From NCBI GenBank assembly GCA_903813345.2, contig CAIIXF020000001.1, positions 1,922,001 through 1,986,000 on the forward strand: a stretch of 64,000 nucleotides of DNA. Reading direction: 5' to 3'. This DNA is from Owenia fusiformis (taxonomy: Eukaryota). Position 1 is the stretch's first letter. The number at the start of each line of letters is the position of its first letter. Made by a program: the position numbers and the translations under genes. Positions 63,201 to 64,000 of the stretch are shown one piece after another. The notes beneath the pieces were generated by a model. That model searched no databases, was not told the origin of the DNA, and saw only the letters and a list, made by a program, of their open reading frames with translations.

Positions 63201-64000
63201 AGCAAAACCTGCAGGCGGCTGTACTGAATTAGCCTCATTTGAAGCAGTCATCTAGTCTAAGAATAGAAAACAGGATTTTAAAGATTTTAATTTCATTTGG
63301 GGTGTGTCTAATCTATCTATAAATCAAAGTTCTGATAATTGTGCAAAACTACTGAAAGAGATGGGTTCATTTTATTTATAGCGTGTGTGTTTTCGTGGTG
63401 GAAACAGTTTTATGAAATCATAATACAATCAACCTGTTTATGTGTGTGATGTCCATGATAAGAAACAATAATTCCAACCTTTATTTTCAAATTGTTACAA
63501 ATTATTACTCTCTATCATGCAGAAATCAGCCACATTTTTCCAAATTAATGTCTTAGTTCGTAGCCACATTTGAAGAATCATATTTTCTGTATCTCCAGGC
63601 ATTACTCTGTCATGTTTATAATTTAACTTTAATTCAGGGAACGCTGCTGTCAATTCAGATATAAAATGAAAGACTTGGTTTGCATATAAAACCCCAAAAT
63701 AAGCGGAATGAGGAATGTGGTTATATGCTCTATTGTAATAAAAGATTCGTTCGCATTTCATTTTTTACCGTTATTCTTTCTGGAAGACCACAATAGTCGT
63801 ATGTTTCAATGGCAGATGTTGGGTTTTTGCATAAGAAAAAACTGCTTAAATTCCCTTTAAGTTGTGGTTGTTTGAGAAATCAAATTGAAAAAATAATATG
63901 GGGTCCTTCTGGTCCCTGCAAATCCCACTTGGACAGTATGATTAACGACTTCCCTTGGGTTTTCTTTTTAAGCCCACATTGAGTAACTAGCCATCATATC

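Overview
AT-rich, intron-rich animal genomic DNA, most likely from a marine spiralian invertebrate (inferred, not proven). I assembled four complete spliced genes by hand, each with consistent splice phases. (1) A 10-exon, 584-aa divergent Repulsive Guidance Molecule (RGM)-like surface protein on + (3786-16114), with signal peptide, enlarged Cys-rich N-region, GDPH autocleavage site, polybasic furin site and GPI-type tail. (2) A 160-aa secreted precursor on - (17982-19016), made of a signal peptide, a 42-aa cationic six-Cys peptide with a G-RKRR amidation/cleavage signal, and an acidic twin EF-hand propiece. This candidate new host-defence peptide is the most interesting item. (3) HS1BP3, a 7-exon, 395-aa PX-domain protein on + (25796-31028). 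(4) An 11-exon, 595-aa GMC oxidoreductase on - (41901-52096) with one GC-AG intron. Introns and intergenic DNA hold many non-autonomous transposons whose ends and target-site duplications (TSDs) are readable. These include a miniature LTR retrotransposon with a tRNA-Lys-derived Pol III promoter in its LTR, a 2-kb CAC...GTG element, Helentron-like elements with internal satellites, a multi-level nest of insertions and a 27-bp minisatellite. A duplicated pseudoknot-like motif flanks the last HS1BP3 exon. I could not assign a gene in 57.7-64 kb. All family assignments come from recognised motifs, not database searches.
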